In this document: positions 1 to 8,161 of the stretch, one piece after another | How the letters are laid out: every line of letters begins with the position of its first letter | Numbering within the stretch: position 1 is the stretch's first letter | Source: Geodermatophilaceae bacterium | Lineage (GTDB): Bacteria > Actinomycetota > Actinomycetes > Mycobacteriales > Geodermatophilaceae | Direction: 5' to 3' | Length of the DNA stretch: 28,236 bases | Assembly: GCA_013811975.1 (NCBI GenBank) | Contig: JACCUF010000079.1 | Location: forward strand, 1-28,236 | The notes under the pieces: model-generated | What the model was told of the DNA's origin: nothing | The model's input: the letters and a program-made list of their open reading frames with translations, nothing else | Database searches by the model: none | Program-made: the position numbers and the translations under genes

Positions 1-37
1 CGCAGAGCCGGAAAGCCACTGGTTTCCCGGCTCTGCG
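1..37. terminator. GC-rich hairpin (possible terminator or REP-like palindrome) upstream of the cupin gene
   Basis: CGCAGAGCCGG (1-11) is the exact reverse complement of CCGGCTCTGCG (27-37). No U-tract follows, and the upstream context is outside the window. Confidence 0.4.
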
Positions 38-44
38 CCGCTGT

Positions 45-1229
45 GTGAAACTCGATCCGGAAACCTTCGCCGCCGACTACTGGTCGCGGCAAGTCCTGCT
101 GTCGCCGGCGTGCACCCTGCCTCGGGACTTCTCCGATCTGCTCGACCTAGATGCGGTCGACGAACTGCTGTCCCGGCGCGGCGTCCGTACGCCGTTCCTG
201 CGGGTGGCCAAGGGCGGTGCCATCCGCCCTGTGGCGAGCTATACCCGAGGCGGCGGGTCCGGCGCCGACATCGGCGACCAGTTGGCCGATGACAAGATTC
301 TCGATCTCTTCGCGGATGGGAACACTCTCGTCCTGCAGGGCCTGCACCGGCTGTGGCCTCCGCTGATCGAATTCGCCACAGCGCTGCGCGCCGAGATCGC
401 TCACCCGGTGCAGGTCAATGCCTACCTGACTCCGCGGAGCTCGCAGGGTTTTGCGCACCACTACGACGTACACGACGTCTTCGTTCTTCAGGTAGCCGGT
501 GCCAAGCGCTGGCAGATCCACCCGCCGGTTCTGGCAGATCCGTTACGGACCCAGCCCTGGACCGATCGTAAGGCTGCCGTGGAGCAGGCCAGCCGACAGC
601 CTCCGCTGATCGACACGGTGCTCGAACAGGGCGACGCGCTGTACCTCCCGCGCGGCTACGTCCACGGCGCGCAGGCGCTGGACGGTGTCAGCGCCCATTT
701 GACGGTCGGCGTGCACTCGGTGACCCGCTTCGCCATCGTCGATGCCCTTCTCGCGGAAGCGGCGACAGACGCTGACCTCCGCGTCAGCCTCCCCCTCGGA
801 ATCGACCTGGCTCATCCCAATGGCGCCTTGGCGGACGAGGTCCGCGCCACCATCGCCGCTCTGCGCAGCTGGCTCGAGCACGCCGAAACCAGTGCGCCCG
901 CAGATCGGTTGCGCCGAGAAGTCTGGGCGCAGACCCGCGCGGCACCGATACCCCCGATCCGAACCGCCATCGCGCTGTCCGCGTTGAATGATCAGAGCGT
1001 GATCGCCCTTCGCCCCTACCTCGACATGCACTGGCGGAGTTCCCCCGATGGGGTGAGAGTCGAGACCGCAACCCACATCCTCGACCTCGACGTGAGCGCC
1101 GCCTCAACTCTTGCCGCGCTCCAAGCCGGTCGAAGCGTCCGGCTGGACGCGATCACCGACCTCGACCCCGAGGCCACCATCGATCTCGCCCGGCAGCTGG
1201 TCCGCAGCGGCGTTGTGGTTCTCGTCTGA
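45..1229 (+). CDS. JmjC/cupin_4 2-oxoglutarate-Fe(II) oxygenase (RoxA/YcfD/NO66-like)
   Basis: 394 aa. Motifs NAYLTP..SQGFAHHYDVHDVFVLQVAGAKRW (HxD iron ligands, 2OG-binding Lys) and GDALYLPRGYVH (distal His). The C-terminal extension is typical of RoxA-like proteins. GTG start. Confidence 0.88.
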   Translation: MKLDPETFAADYWSRQVLLSPACTLPRDFSDLLDLDAVDELLSRRGVRTPFLRVAKGGAIRPVASYTRGGGSGADIGDQLADDKILDLFADGNTLVLQGLHRLWPPLIEFATALRAEIAHPVQVNAYLTPRSSQGFAHHYDVHDVFVLQVAGAKRWQIHPPVLADPLRTQPWTDRKAAVEQASRQPPLIDTVLEQGDALYLPRGYVHGAQALDGVSAHLTVGVHSVTRFAIVDALLAEAATDADLRVSLPLGIDLAHPNGALADEVRATIAALRSWLEHAETSAPADRLRREVWAQTRAAPIPPIRTAIALSALNDQSVIALRPYLDMHWRSSPDGVRVETATHILDLDVSAASTLAALQAGRSVRLDAITDLDPEATIDLARQLVRSGVVVLV

Positions 1230-2194
1230 TGGGAGCGAGCGACCCCGCCCCCACATCCAGCACGGGGCCTCGCCGACCGGTGCCGAAGGTTGACCCTCGA
1301 CGCTGTGCCCCATCCGCTCGTCGCCGACGGGATGCGCTGATGGCTACCGCAGCACCCGCGACCCGCTGGCTGTTGGTGGAACAGCCGGGTCCTTGGGGTC
1401 GGCATGCTCTGCGGGAATCCCTGTTGGCGCCCGAGGTGGCAGCCGGGTTGAAGGAGCTGACCAGCGAACGGGGAGTCCGGATCCAGGTCATCCGCAGGCC
1501 GCCGGATCGTGCCGACCCCGTACGGCCCCGGCGTTGGGCCTATGTCGATTCCGACGCTTCGACCCCGACTAGCTGGTGGGGCGAGTACACCCAGGATGTC
1601 GAGCTTCTCGACCTGTCACTGGACGAGTCGCAGGGCAAACCCAGCACCGAGCCGGTCTTCTTGGTCTGCACCCATGCTCGGCACGACGCGTGTTGCGCTC
1701 TGTTCGGTCGGCCCGCATATTCCGCGCTCGCCCACGCGTACCCGGACAACACATGGGAGACTTCGCATGTCGGCGGGGACAGGTTCGCCGCCAGCCTTGT
1801 GATCCTGCCGGACGGTCGGTATTACGGTGGCCTCGACGGCGACTCCGCGCTACGAGTCATCATCGCGCACGCGGCCGGTCTGATAGAGCCGAAGTACTAC
1901 CGCGGTGCAAGCGTGCAGGCAGCGCCGACCCAGGCCGCGGAGCACTACCTGCGTGCACACCTCGGCGAGCGTCGGATCAGCGCCGTGATCCCGCTTGATC
2001 TGCAACAGGTGGATCTGGCCCGTTGGGTTGCGCGCCTGGCCCACCTCGACGGCACCGAGTTCGCGGTGGAGGTCAGCACGACGCACACCACGGCTCTGAA
2101 CCGACTGACCTGCTCGGCCAGCCATCCGGCGGCAGCCAGGTTGTTCGAATTGATCGGGCTTGAAGAAGTGAACCGCGTTCTGAATCAGGACTGA
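1229..2194 (+). CDS. Sucrase/ferredoxin-like (thioredoxin-like [2Fe-2S], Apd1/Aim32-type) protein
   Basis: Motifs WLLVEQPGPWG, VCTHARHDACCA (C-x8-C) and WETSHVGGDRFA. The ATG overlaps the cupin stop (TGATG), implying translational coupling. Confidence 0.85.
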   Translation: MGASDPAPTSSTGPRRPVPKVDPRRCAPSARRRRDALMATAAPATRWLLVEQPGPWGRHALRESLLAPEVAAGLKELTSERGVRIQVIRRPPDRADPVRPRRWAYVDSDASTPTSWWGEYTQDVELLDLSLDESQGKPSTEPVFLVCTHARHDACCALFGRPAYSALAHAYPDNTWETSHVGGDRFAASLVILPDGRYYGGLDGDSALRVIIAHAAGLIEPKYYRGASVQAAPTQAAEHYLRAHLGERRISAVIPLDLQQVDLARWVARLAHLDGTEFAVEVSTTHTTALNRLTCSASHPAAARLFELIGLEEVNRVLNQD

Positions 2195-2213
2195 GCTGCA
2201 CCCGGGACACCGT

Positions 2214-3446
2214 TCAACTTCGGCCGATGCGTACCGGGACGTCGAGTTCGACATTGGTCAACGAACCGTGGTAGCCGACAAGTGAGTGCGCGCCGGGCTC
2301 GCGACGACTCGCGGTGAAGGCGACACCGCCTCGCGCCCAGGACAGCACATCGCCGATCCGCGCCGCGTGCGCTCTGGTCACCGTGGACCCGAAGAGGCCT
2401 TCGTCGATCGCCTGCTCTCGAGTGAGCACCCAGGCCCGGTCGCCAAGAACCATGGTCCAGGTCGCCGCCACGTCTGCTGTGGCGCCCGGTTGGGTGTAGA
2501 CGTAACGCGCTCGCGGTTCACCGGCGACCAGACGCACCCCGCTCGCCAACGCAACCGCGCCATCGGAACCGGGCTCGTCCTCGGCCGCATCCAGGTCGAT
2601 CTTGTCGCAGTCCTCGACATCGAGCATGCCGTGATCCGCGGTGACGACAAGAGCGGTGTCCGGCCCGATCCCGGACAGGATCGACGCGACTATCGAATCC
2701 ACTTGACCGAGCTCGAACTTCCAGGCGTCACTGGTGCAGCCGCGAATGTGCCCGGTCATGTCGAGGCCACCGTGATACGCGTAGAGCAGCGAAGGCTCGC
2801 CATCTTCGGCGCAACGAACGGCTCGGGCCACCAGATCGCCTGGGCTGACCGCGTCCAGATATCTGGCCCCGCGGTAGGTCGCCTCGGTCAGACCCGACCC
2901 GATGAACCGCGCGGGCCCCGCAGCCTGGACACACACGCCGGCCTTGCGTGCGCGCTCGAATACCGTGGGCGCCGGCTGCCATTCATCCGGGGGTGGGTCG
3001 GTACGCCAGTCGATGTGAGTGAGCAGCCGATCAGTGCCGGGAATGGCGACGGTGAAGCCGACAATGCCGTGCTCGCCCGGTGGCACGCCGGTGCTGAGGG
3101 ACGCCAAACTGACGGGAGTCGTCGACGGGCTCGCGGCCTGGAGTGCCCCGACCGGGCTGGCCAGGGACGTCAAAACCGGGGCGGCGTCGGGGTTCTCAGC
3201 GAGATTGTGCTCCCCCAGCCCGTCTATGAGTAGCAGGACGATATGGCGCACATCGGTCAGCGCCGGGGTCAAACCCAGGACGTCATCGAATCCGGCAACC
3301 CCGAGCCCGGCCATGATGGAGGGCAACAGTTCGGCGAGGCTGCCTTTGCCGTACGCCGGAACTGACAATCCCTCGGGCCTGGCGGTTTTCGGTCCGGTCC
3401 GCACTGAGGGTCCCGGTTGGGCAGCCAGATGCTCCAGTCCGGTCAT
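2214..3446 (-). CDS. Alkaline phosphatase superfamily nucleotide pyrophosphatase/phosphodiesterase
   Basis: Motifs LLIDGLG, SPSTT (Thr nucleophile), LDMTGH, VTADHG and GYHGS give a full metal-ligand set. Start placed at ATG 3446, which forms an ATGA overlap with the upstream methyltransferase stop. Confidence 0.85.
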   Translation of the reverse strand: MTGLEHLAAQPGPSVRTGPKTARPEGLSVPAYGKGSLAELLPSIMAGLGVAGFDDVLGLTPALTDVRHIVLLLIDGLGEHNLAENPDAAPVLTSLASPVGALQAASPSTTPVSLASLSTGVPPGEHGIVGFTVAIPGTDRLLTHIDWRTDPPPDEWQPAPTVFERARKAGVCVQAAGPARFIGSGLTEATYRGARYLDAVSPGDLVARAVRCAEDGEPSLLYAYHGGLDMTGHIRGCTSDAWKFELGQVDSIVASILSGIGPDTALVVTADHGMLDVEDCDKIDLDAAEDEPGSDGAVALASGVRLVAGEPRARYVYTQPGATADVAATWTMVLGDRAWVLTREQAIDEGLFGSTVTRAHAARIGDVLSWARGGVAFTASRREPGAHSLVGYHGSLTNVELDVPVRIGRS

Positions 3447-4165
3447 CGGCGGCACAGCAGGTGCAGGTCGGTCGCTAGATCACGGTAGGGCGAGCGCTCG
3501 GCGAGAACGATCTCGAGTTCTCGTACGGCAGAACTCTGTTCGGCACCTACCTCAGGCGCCGGCAACAGATCGGCGACCACCCGTACCCCGTGCCACAGCT
3601 CGACCGACAACCCTGCCTGCGCGACCAGGCTGTGCAGTTCGTCGATGTCGAAGCGTCGGTGCCGCGTCCCGTCCGACTGCCCATGGAGCAAGGCGAGCGC
3701 CCCCTCGGGGCGGCCGCCGATGGCTCGGGACAGGACCGCGGCCGCCTGGTTGGCCGCGAGCAGGCTGACCCACCCGCCCGTCCGTACACAAGCGGCCAAC
3801 TCAGCGGCGGCCGATGACGGCTCGTCGACGTATTCCAGGACGTGGTGACAGAGCACCAGGTCGGCGCTACCGGCCGACACGACTTCGGCCAGCCGGTCAC
3901 CGTCGCCCTGGATCCCGTTCACCGATCCGGCGACCTCGGCTGCCTGAGCCCGGCGGGCCAGCAGCGCCAGGGCATCTGGACTCGGGTCGACGACGGTGAC
4001 GGTGTGCCCACGCTGGGCAAGGGGTACAGCGAACCCCCCGGTGCCGCCGCCCACATCCAGGACGCGCAGTGGCCCGGCACGCAGAATCGGTTCCAACGCT
4101 GCCCACACTGCCGCCGCCCGCGTCGACCCGGGATCTGGCGGACTTGTTGCTGAAGAGGACATCAT
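3443..4165 (-). CDS. Class I SAM-dependent methyltransferase
   Basis: Motif I VLDVGGGTG, motif II VVDPS, and ADLVLCHHVLEYV. Confidence 0.9.
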   Translation of the reverse strand: MMSSSATSPPDPGSTRAAAVWAALEPILRAGPLRVLDVGGGTGGFAVPLAQRGHTVTVVDPSPDALALLARRAQAAEVAGSVNGIQGDGDRLAEVVSAGSADLVLCHHVLEYVDEPSSAAAELAACVRTGGWVSLLAANQAAAVLSRAIGGRPEGALALLHGQSDGTRHRRFDIDELHSLVAQAGLSVELWHGVRVVADLLPAPEVGAEQSSAVRELEIVLAERSPYRDLATDLHLLCRR

Positions 4166-4174
4166 GGCTCGCCG

Positions 4175-4180
4175 AGACTA
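4175..4180 (-). promoter_or_regulatory. Putative -10 hexamer TAGTCT for the methyltransferase
   Basis: Matches the actinobacterial TANNNT consensus, 9 nt upstream of ATG 4165, with no SD sequence. Confidence 0.4.
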
Positions 4181-4218
4181 TCCGGGCCCGCTGGCCGCTC
4201 GACTGAATCGGGTGCAGC

Positions 4219-7200
4219 TCAGTGGCCGCTGCTGCCCGGGCTGGCGTGCCAGAGCTTGCGGGGTGCGGACTTGGTGTCCTCACCCGGTGGTTTCAGATCG
4301 GAGTATGGCGACATCCGGAAACCGGTGGGGTGCACCAGCACGGGCCGGGCCATCACCGGTCGTGACGAGCGAGCCTGCGCTGCACCCTGGATGGCTTGCT
4401 CGGTGAAGTCCGGCGTCTGGACCATCAGGTCGGCAACCGCATCGATGCCGTCGGAATTCCACGCCTCATACAGCGTCGGCAGCTCCCATGCACCGGTCGC
4501 CCGCAACGAGATCCCCCGCGGTCCGGTCCGGCGTATCTCCCCGCGGATGACCAGCAGCCAGGAGTGGAAGACCGTTGCGGCATATGGTCCCTGGGCGTCC
4601 TCGAAGAAGGTCGCATCCGCGCAACCCGTACCGTCGTCCAGGGTCACGAAGACCACCCGCCGCCCCGAGCGCACCGGCGGGGTCTGGGTGGCCACCTTCA
4701 CCCCGGCCACCAGAACCTCGGACTTGCTCCGGGTGCCCAGCAGGTCCTTGGACCGGATGATGCCGAGTGCGGTGAACAGCGGGGTGTAGAAGTCCACGAC
4801 ATGCTGGCTGGCATCCAGGCCGAGTACTTCCAATTCCGCGCTGACCCTTTCGGCGGCGGTCATCTCCGGCAGTCCACCGGCCGACCCAGCCAGCTCCCGG
4901 TCGTCCGGCGTCGGGAAGTCGAAGACCAGTTGGGTCCCTCCTGCAGCCGCCGAACGCCGCCGGCCGCGTGGGGTGAGTGTCCCGGTGGCCCTCTTGGCAC
5001 CGCGCACCCATTCGTCGAGTTCCTTGCACTGCAGCAGCAGGTCCCGCCGGTTCACCGTTCCCCGCCGGCGTACCGGACTGGCCCGCCCGATCCGGTAGAG
5101 CGAGTCGAATCCACCCGCCACGATCAGCCGCTCCACGATCGGGCGGGAGGCACCGGCCCGGTAGAAGAAGTCCGACAGGCCGGCGTACGGCCGACCAGCC
5201 ACGATGCCGGCCACCTCCGTCTCGTTGATGCCCTTGACGTCGGCCAGGGACAGCCGGATGCCGTACCGGGTGGGGTCGGGCATCCCCGCCGGCAACCACT
5301 CCGGCGGCGCCCAGGTTGTTGTTGCCGTCCGCAGTTCGTCAGGCATTGCTTCGACAGGCATTCGTTCCATTCGGTAGACGCCGTCGGAGACGTTCACGTC
5401 CAAGCCCAGGACCGGGATGCCGAAGTTGCGGGCGTCATCGAGGATCAGCCGCTTGGGATACATCCCGGGATCGTGGGTCAGCACCCCGGCGACGAAGGCC
5501 GCGGTGTGGTGCGCCTTGAGCCAGGCGGACTGGTAGGTCGGCAGCGCGAAAGCAGCGGCATGTGCCTTGCAGAACCCGAACGAGCCAAAGGCCGCCAGCA
5601 CCTCCCAGATCCGTTCGGCATCCGGCAGCGAGTACCCGTTCTTGAGCGCGATCGGCATGAACCATGCCTGCACCTCGGGATGACCGTCCTTGTGCCCCAA
5701 GGCCCGACGCACCTCGTCGGCTTCGGCCAGGGTGACCCCGGTGACCGTGTGCACGATCTCGAGCACTTGCTCGTGGAAGACGACGACGCCTCCGGTCTGC
5801 TCCAGGGAGTACCGCAGGCTCTCGTGGAGGTACGCCGGCTCCGCCCAGCCCTGCCGGGCCATCAGGAACGGGGTGACCATGTCGCTCTTGACCGGGCCGG
5901 GCCGGAACAGCGAGATGTCGATGATGATGTCCTCGAAGCTGCTGGGAGCGAATTTGCCGACCAACTCACGCTGCCCAGGCGACTCGATCTGGAACATCCC
6001 GAGAGTGCGGGTGGACTGGATGAGCTGGTAGGTCGTCGGGTCATCGCGCGGGATGGCGTCGATGTCCACCTGCACCCCGTCGGTCCGGGCGACCTCATCG
6101 ATCGCGTGCGCGATCGCCGACTGCATCCGGATGCCGAGCAGGTCGAGCTTGAGCAGGCCGAGTTCCTCGACGTCGTCCTTGTCGAACTGGCTCATCGGGT
6201 ACCCAAGGAAGCTGCGCTCGACCGGAGTCCGATCGAGCAGAGTGCGGTCGGACAGCAGCACCCCGCAGGGATGCAGGGCGATATGGCGGGGCAGGCCATC
6301 GAGGCTCTCCACCAGGTCGAAGAGCAACTCGAGCTTGGCTTGCGCGATCCCACTGGCCCGCAACTCCGGGAGGTCGCGCAAGGCTGCCCTGGCCTGGTTG
6401 GCCCGGATGTGCGGGAAGGCCTTGGCCAGCGTGTCGATCTCACCCAGCGGCATCCCGAGTGCCGCACCGACGTCGCGGATCGCGTGGCGTACCCGATAGG
6501 TGTCCATCATCGACACGCAGCTGACCCGGTCGTCGCCGTACCGCTCGATCACCGCGTCATAGACCTCCATCCGACGCGCGGACTCCACGTCGATGTCGAT
6601 GTCGGGCAACGCCTTTCGTAGCGGTGACAGGAACCGCTCCATCAGCAGTCGGTAGCGGATCGGATCCACGTCGGAGATCCCCAACAGGTAGGTGACCAGG
6701 CTGCCAGCCCCTGAGCCGCGGGCGGCCGCGCGTACCCCCATCGAGCGGATCAGGTCGGCGACATCGGCGACGGTCAGGAAGTACGACGGATAGCCCATCT
6801 TTCCGATGACAGCCAGCTCGTCGTTCAAACGTCGGCGTACGGCGTCGGTGTCGGCCATTCCACGTTGACCGAATCCTGCCTCACAGCGCTGGGAGAGCAC
6901 TTCTGCTTCGCACAGTCCCGCTTCGCTCGGAGCGCGCACGACATCGAGTTCCGGAAAGTGCACCGTGCCCAGGCCCAGATCCCGCCGCGGGTCGACCGCA
7001 CACTGCTCGGCCAACCGGGAGGTCGCGGTGAGCAACCGAGCGCCGATCTCGTCGTCGGCGAGGTCCGCGGCGATCTCAGCCATCTCCTTGCCGGACTTGA
7101 GATAACCCTCGGCGCTGCGCCGGTCGAGGTGGCGCAGGTCGAGCGGAACCAGCCGCCGGCTCGCGTCAAGGACGTCCGCGGTCGGGGCGTCGAACGGGTC

Positions 7201-7875
7201 GACGTAGCGGACCGCATTGGTGAGCACCATCGGCGCGGCGGTGCGCAGACCGAAGCGGAGCATCGATTCCGCCTTGATTCGATCCCCCTGAGCCCGGTGG
7301 TGGACGACTTCGAGATAGACCTGCTGGGTGCCGAGGCGCTCTCGCCAGGCCTCTAGTTCGGCCTCGGCGAGGTCGGGCCGGCGAGTAGCCAGCGCCCGGC
7401 CGACCGTGGAGTCCGGGCCGAGCAGGGCGACCAGGGCGCCGTCGCGGGCATGCTCGGCCACCAGATCTCGGCTGCTGACCGGCATTCCTCGTTCCCCGGC
7501 CAGATGGGTGGCACTGGTCAGCCGGCACAATGCTCGCCATCCGGTCCCGGCCCGGGCGAGCACGGTGACCCGGGGCAATCGGGCATCCACGCTGGCCCCG
7601 CCGCGGGCCGGGGACTTGCGACCGGGCGGTCGTACGGGTGGCTGTCCGGCCACCGAACCGAGGGCCAGGTCCAGTCCGAAGATCGGCCGGATGGCGGCCT
7701 CGCGGCAAGCCACCGCGAACTTCACCGCACCGGACAGGCCGTCGCGGTCGGTCAGCGCCAGGGCGGTCATCCCGTGGTCGGCAGCACGTTCCACCAGGTC
7801 GGAGGGGTGGTTGGCGCCGTACCGCAGGGAGTAGCCGGATGCGACATGCAGATGGACGTACGGATCACCGCTCAT
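4219..7875 (-). CDS. dnaE2: Error-prone DNA polymerase III alpha subunit (DnaE2-type, divergent actinobacterial second copy)
   Basis: Motifs HLHVASGYS (PHP), RGSGAGS, PDIDID and LKLDLLG (catalytic Asp), GFCKAHA, HhH and OB-fold regions, and a C-terminal KLWHASPGSSG. PHP ligands are degenerate (TDRDG, TNAVRY). A LexA box lies upstream. Start placed at ATG 7875 (MSGDPYVHLH). Confidence 0.9.
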   Translation of the reverse strand: MSGDPYVHLHVASGYSLRYGANHPSDLVERAADHGMTALALTDRDGLSGAVKFAVACREAAIRPIFGLDLALGSVAGQPPVRPPGRKSPARGGASVDARLPRVTVLARAGTGWRALCRLTSATHLAGERGMPVSSRDLVAEHARDGALVALLGPDSTVGRALATRRPDLAEAELEAWRERLGTQQVYLEVVHHRAQGDRIKAESMLRFGLRTAAPMVLTNAVRYVDPFDAPTADVLDASRRLVPLDLRHLDRRSAEGYLKSGKEMAEIAADLADDEIGARLLTATSRLAEQCAVDPRRDLGLGTVHFPELDVVRAPSEAGLCEAEVLSQRCEAGFGQRGMADTDAVRRRLNDELAVIGKMGYPSYFLTVADVADLIRSMGVRAAARGSGAGSLVTYLLGISDVDPIRYRLLMERFLSPLRKALPDIDIDVESARRMEVYDAVIERYGDDRVSCVSMMDTYRVRHAIRDVGAALGMPLGEIDTLAKAFPHIRANQARAALRDLPELRASGIAQAKLELLFDLVESLDGLPRHIALHPCGVLLSDRTLLDRTPVERSFLGYPMSQFDKDDVEELGLLKLDLLGIRMQSAIAHAIDEVARTDGVQVDIDAIPRDDPTTYQLIQSTRTLGMFQIESPGQRELVGKFAPSSFEDIIIDISLFRPGPVKSDMVTPFLMARQGWAEPAYLHESLRYSLEQTGGVVVFHEQVLEIVHTVTGVTLAEADEVRRALGHKDGHPEVQAWFMPIALKNGYSLPDAERIWEVLAAFGSFGFCKAHAAAFALPTYQSAWLKAHHTAAFVAGVLTHDPGMYPKRLILDDARNFGIPVLGLDVNVSDGVYRMERMPVEAMPDELRTATTTWAPPEWLPAGMPDPTRYGIRLSLADVKGINETEVAGIVAGRPYAGLSDFFYRAGASRPIVERLIVAGGFDSLYRIGRASPVRRRGTVNRRDLLLQCKELDEWVRGAKRATGTLTPRGRRRSAAAGGTQLVFDFPTPDDRELAGSAGGLPEMTAAERVSAELEVLGLDASQHVVDFYTPLFTALGIIRSKDLLGTRSKSEVLVAGVKVATQTPPVRSGRRVVFVTLDDGTGCADATFFEDAQGPYAATVFHSWLLVIRGEIRRTGPRGISLRATGAWELPTLYEAWNSDGIDAVADLMVQTPDFTEQAIQGAAQARSSRPVMARPVLVHPTGFRMSPYSDLKPPGEDTKSAPRKLWHASPGSSGH

Positions 7876-7881
7876 CTCAGA

Positions 7882-7917
7882 AACCCAGTTTGGGTGTGAT
7901 GCACCCAATTTGGGTGT
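7882..7917. repeat. Tandem pair of 15-bp palindromic motifs ACCCA(G/A)TTTGGGTGT
   Basis: Copies at 7883-7897 and 7903-7917 (period 20, one mismatch). CACCCAA-T-TTGGGTG (7902-7916) is a perfect odd palindrome. Confidence 0.75.
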
Positions 7918-7919
7918 AG

Positions 7920-8153
7920 ACGCAGGCAGCAGCAGGGGTGTCGCTGTCGGAGTACGTGCTCACCGAGCTGATCCAGGTCGCCGGCCGCTCGACCAACGCC
8001 CAGATACTCCTTCGCGCAGCGCTTCGCCCGGGAAGTTTCAGTCGAGAAGAGATCGAAGCCCTCGACGTACCGTTGGTCACCACCGATGCCCGGCTCGGCC
8101 GCGCGCCCGGTCGCCGATGCGCCGTCGAGGTCTTCGGACAGCCCAGCGACTAA
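7920..8153 (+). pseudogene. Collapsed vapB/vapC toxin-antitoxin remnant (antitoxin C-half fused in frame to the PIN toxin C-terminus)
   Basis: The frame reads QAAAGVSLSEYVLTELIQVAGRSTNAQILLRAA..SREEI, resembling the second helix of a FitA/VapB RHH antitoxin. It runs straight into EALDVPLVTTDARLGRAPGRRCAVEVF, a typical VapC C-terminus. An in-frame TAG lies at 7917-7919, and the RHH N-terminus and most of the PIN domain are absent. Confidence 0.7.
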
Positions 8154-8161
8154 CCGCCCGC

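Noticed and set aside
5280-5370. Possible intein or insertion in DnaE2 (PVEAMPDELRTATTTWAPPEWLPAG)
   Set aside because: Short Pro/Thr-rich loop with no Cys/Ser start, no His-Asn end and no homing endonuclease motifs.
4396-6621. 741-aa plus-strand ORF antisense to dnaE2
   Set aside because: Shadow ORF expected from high-GC codon bias. It has no recognisable motifs and is fully overlapped by a well-supported gene.
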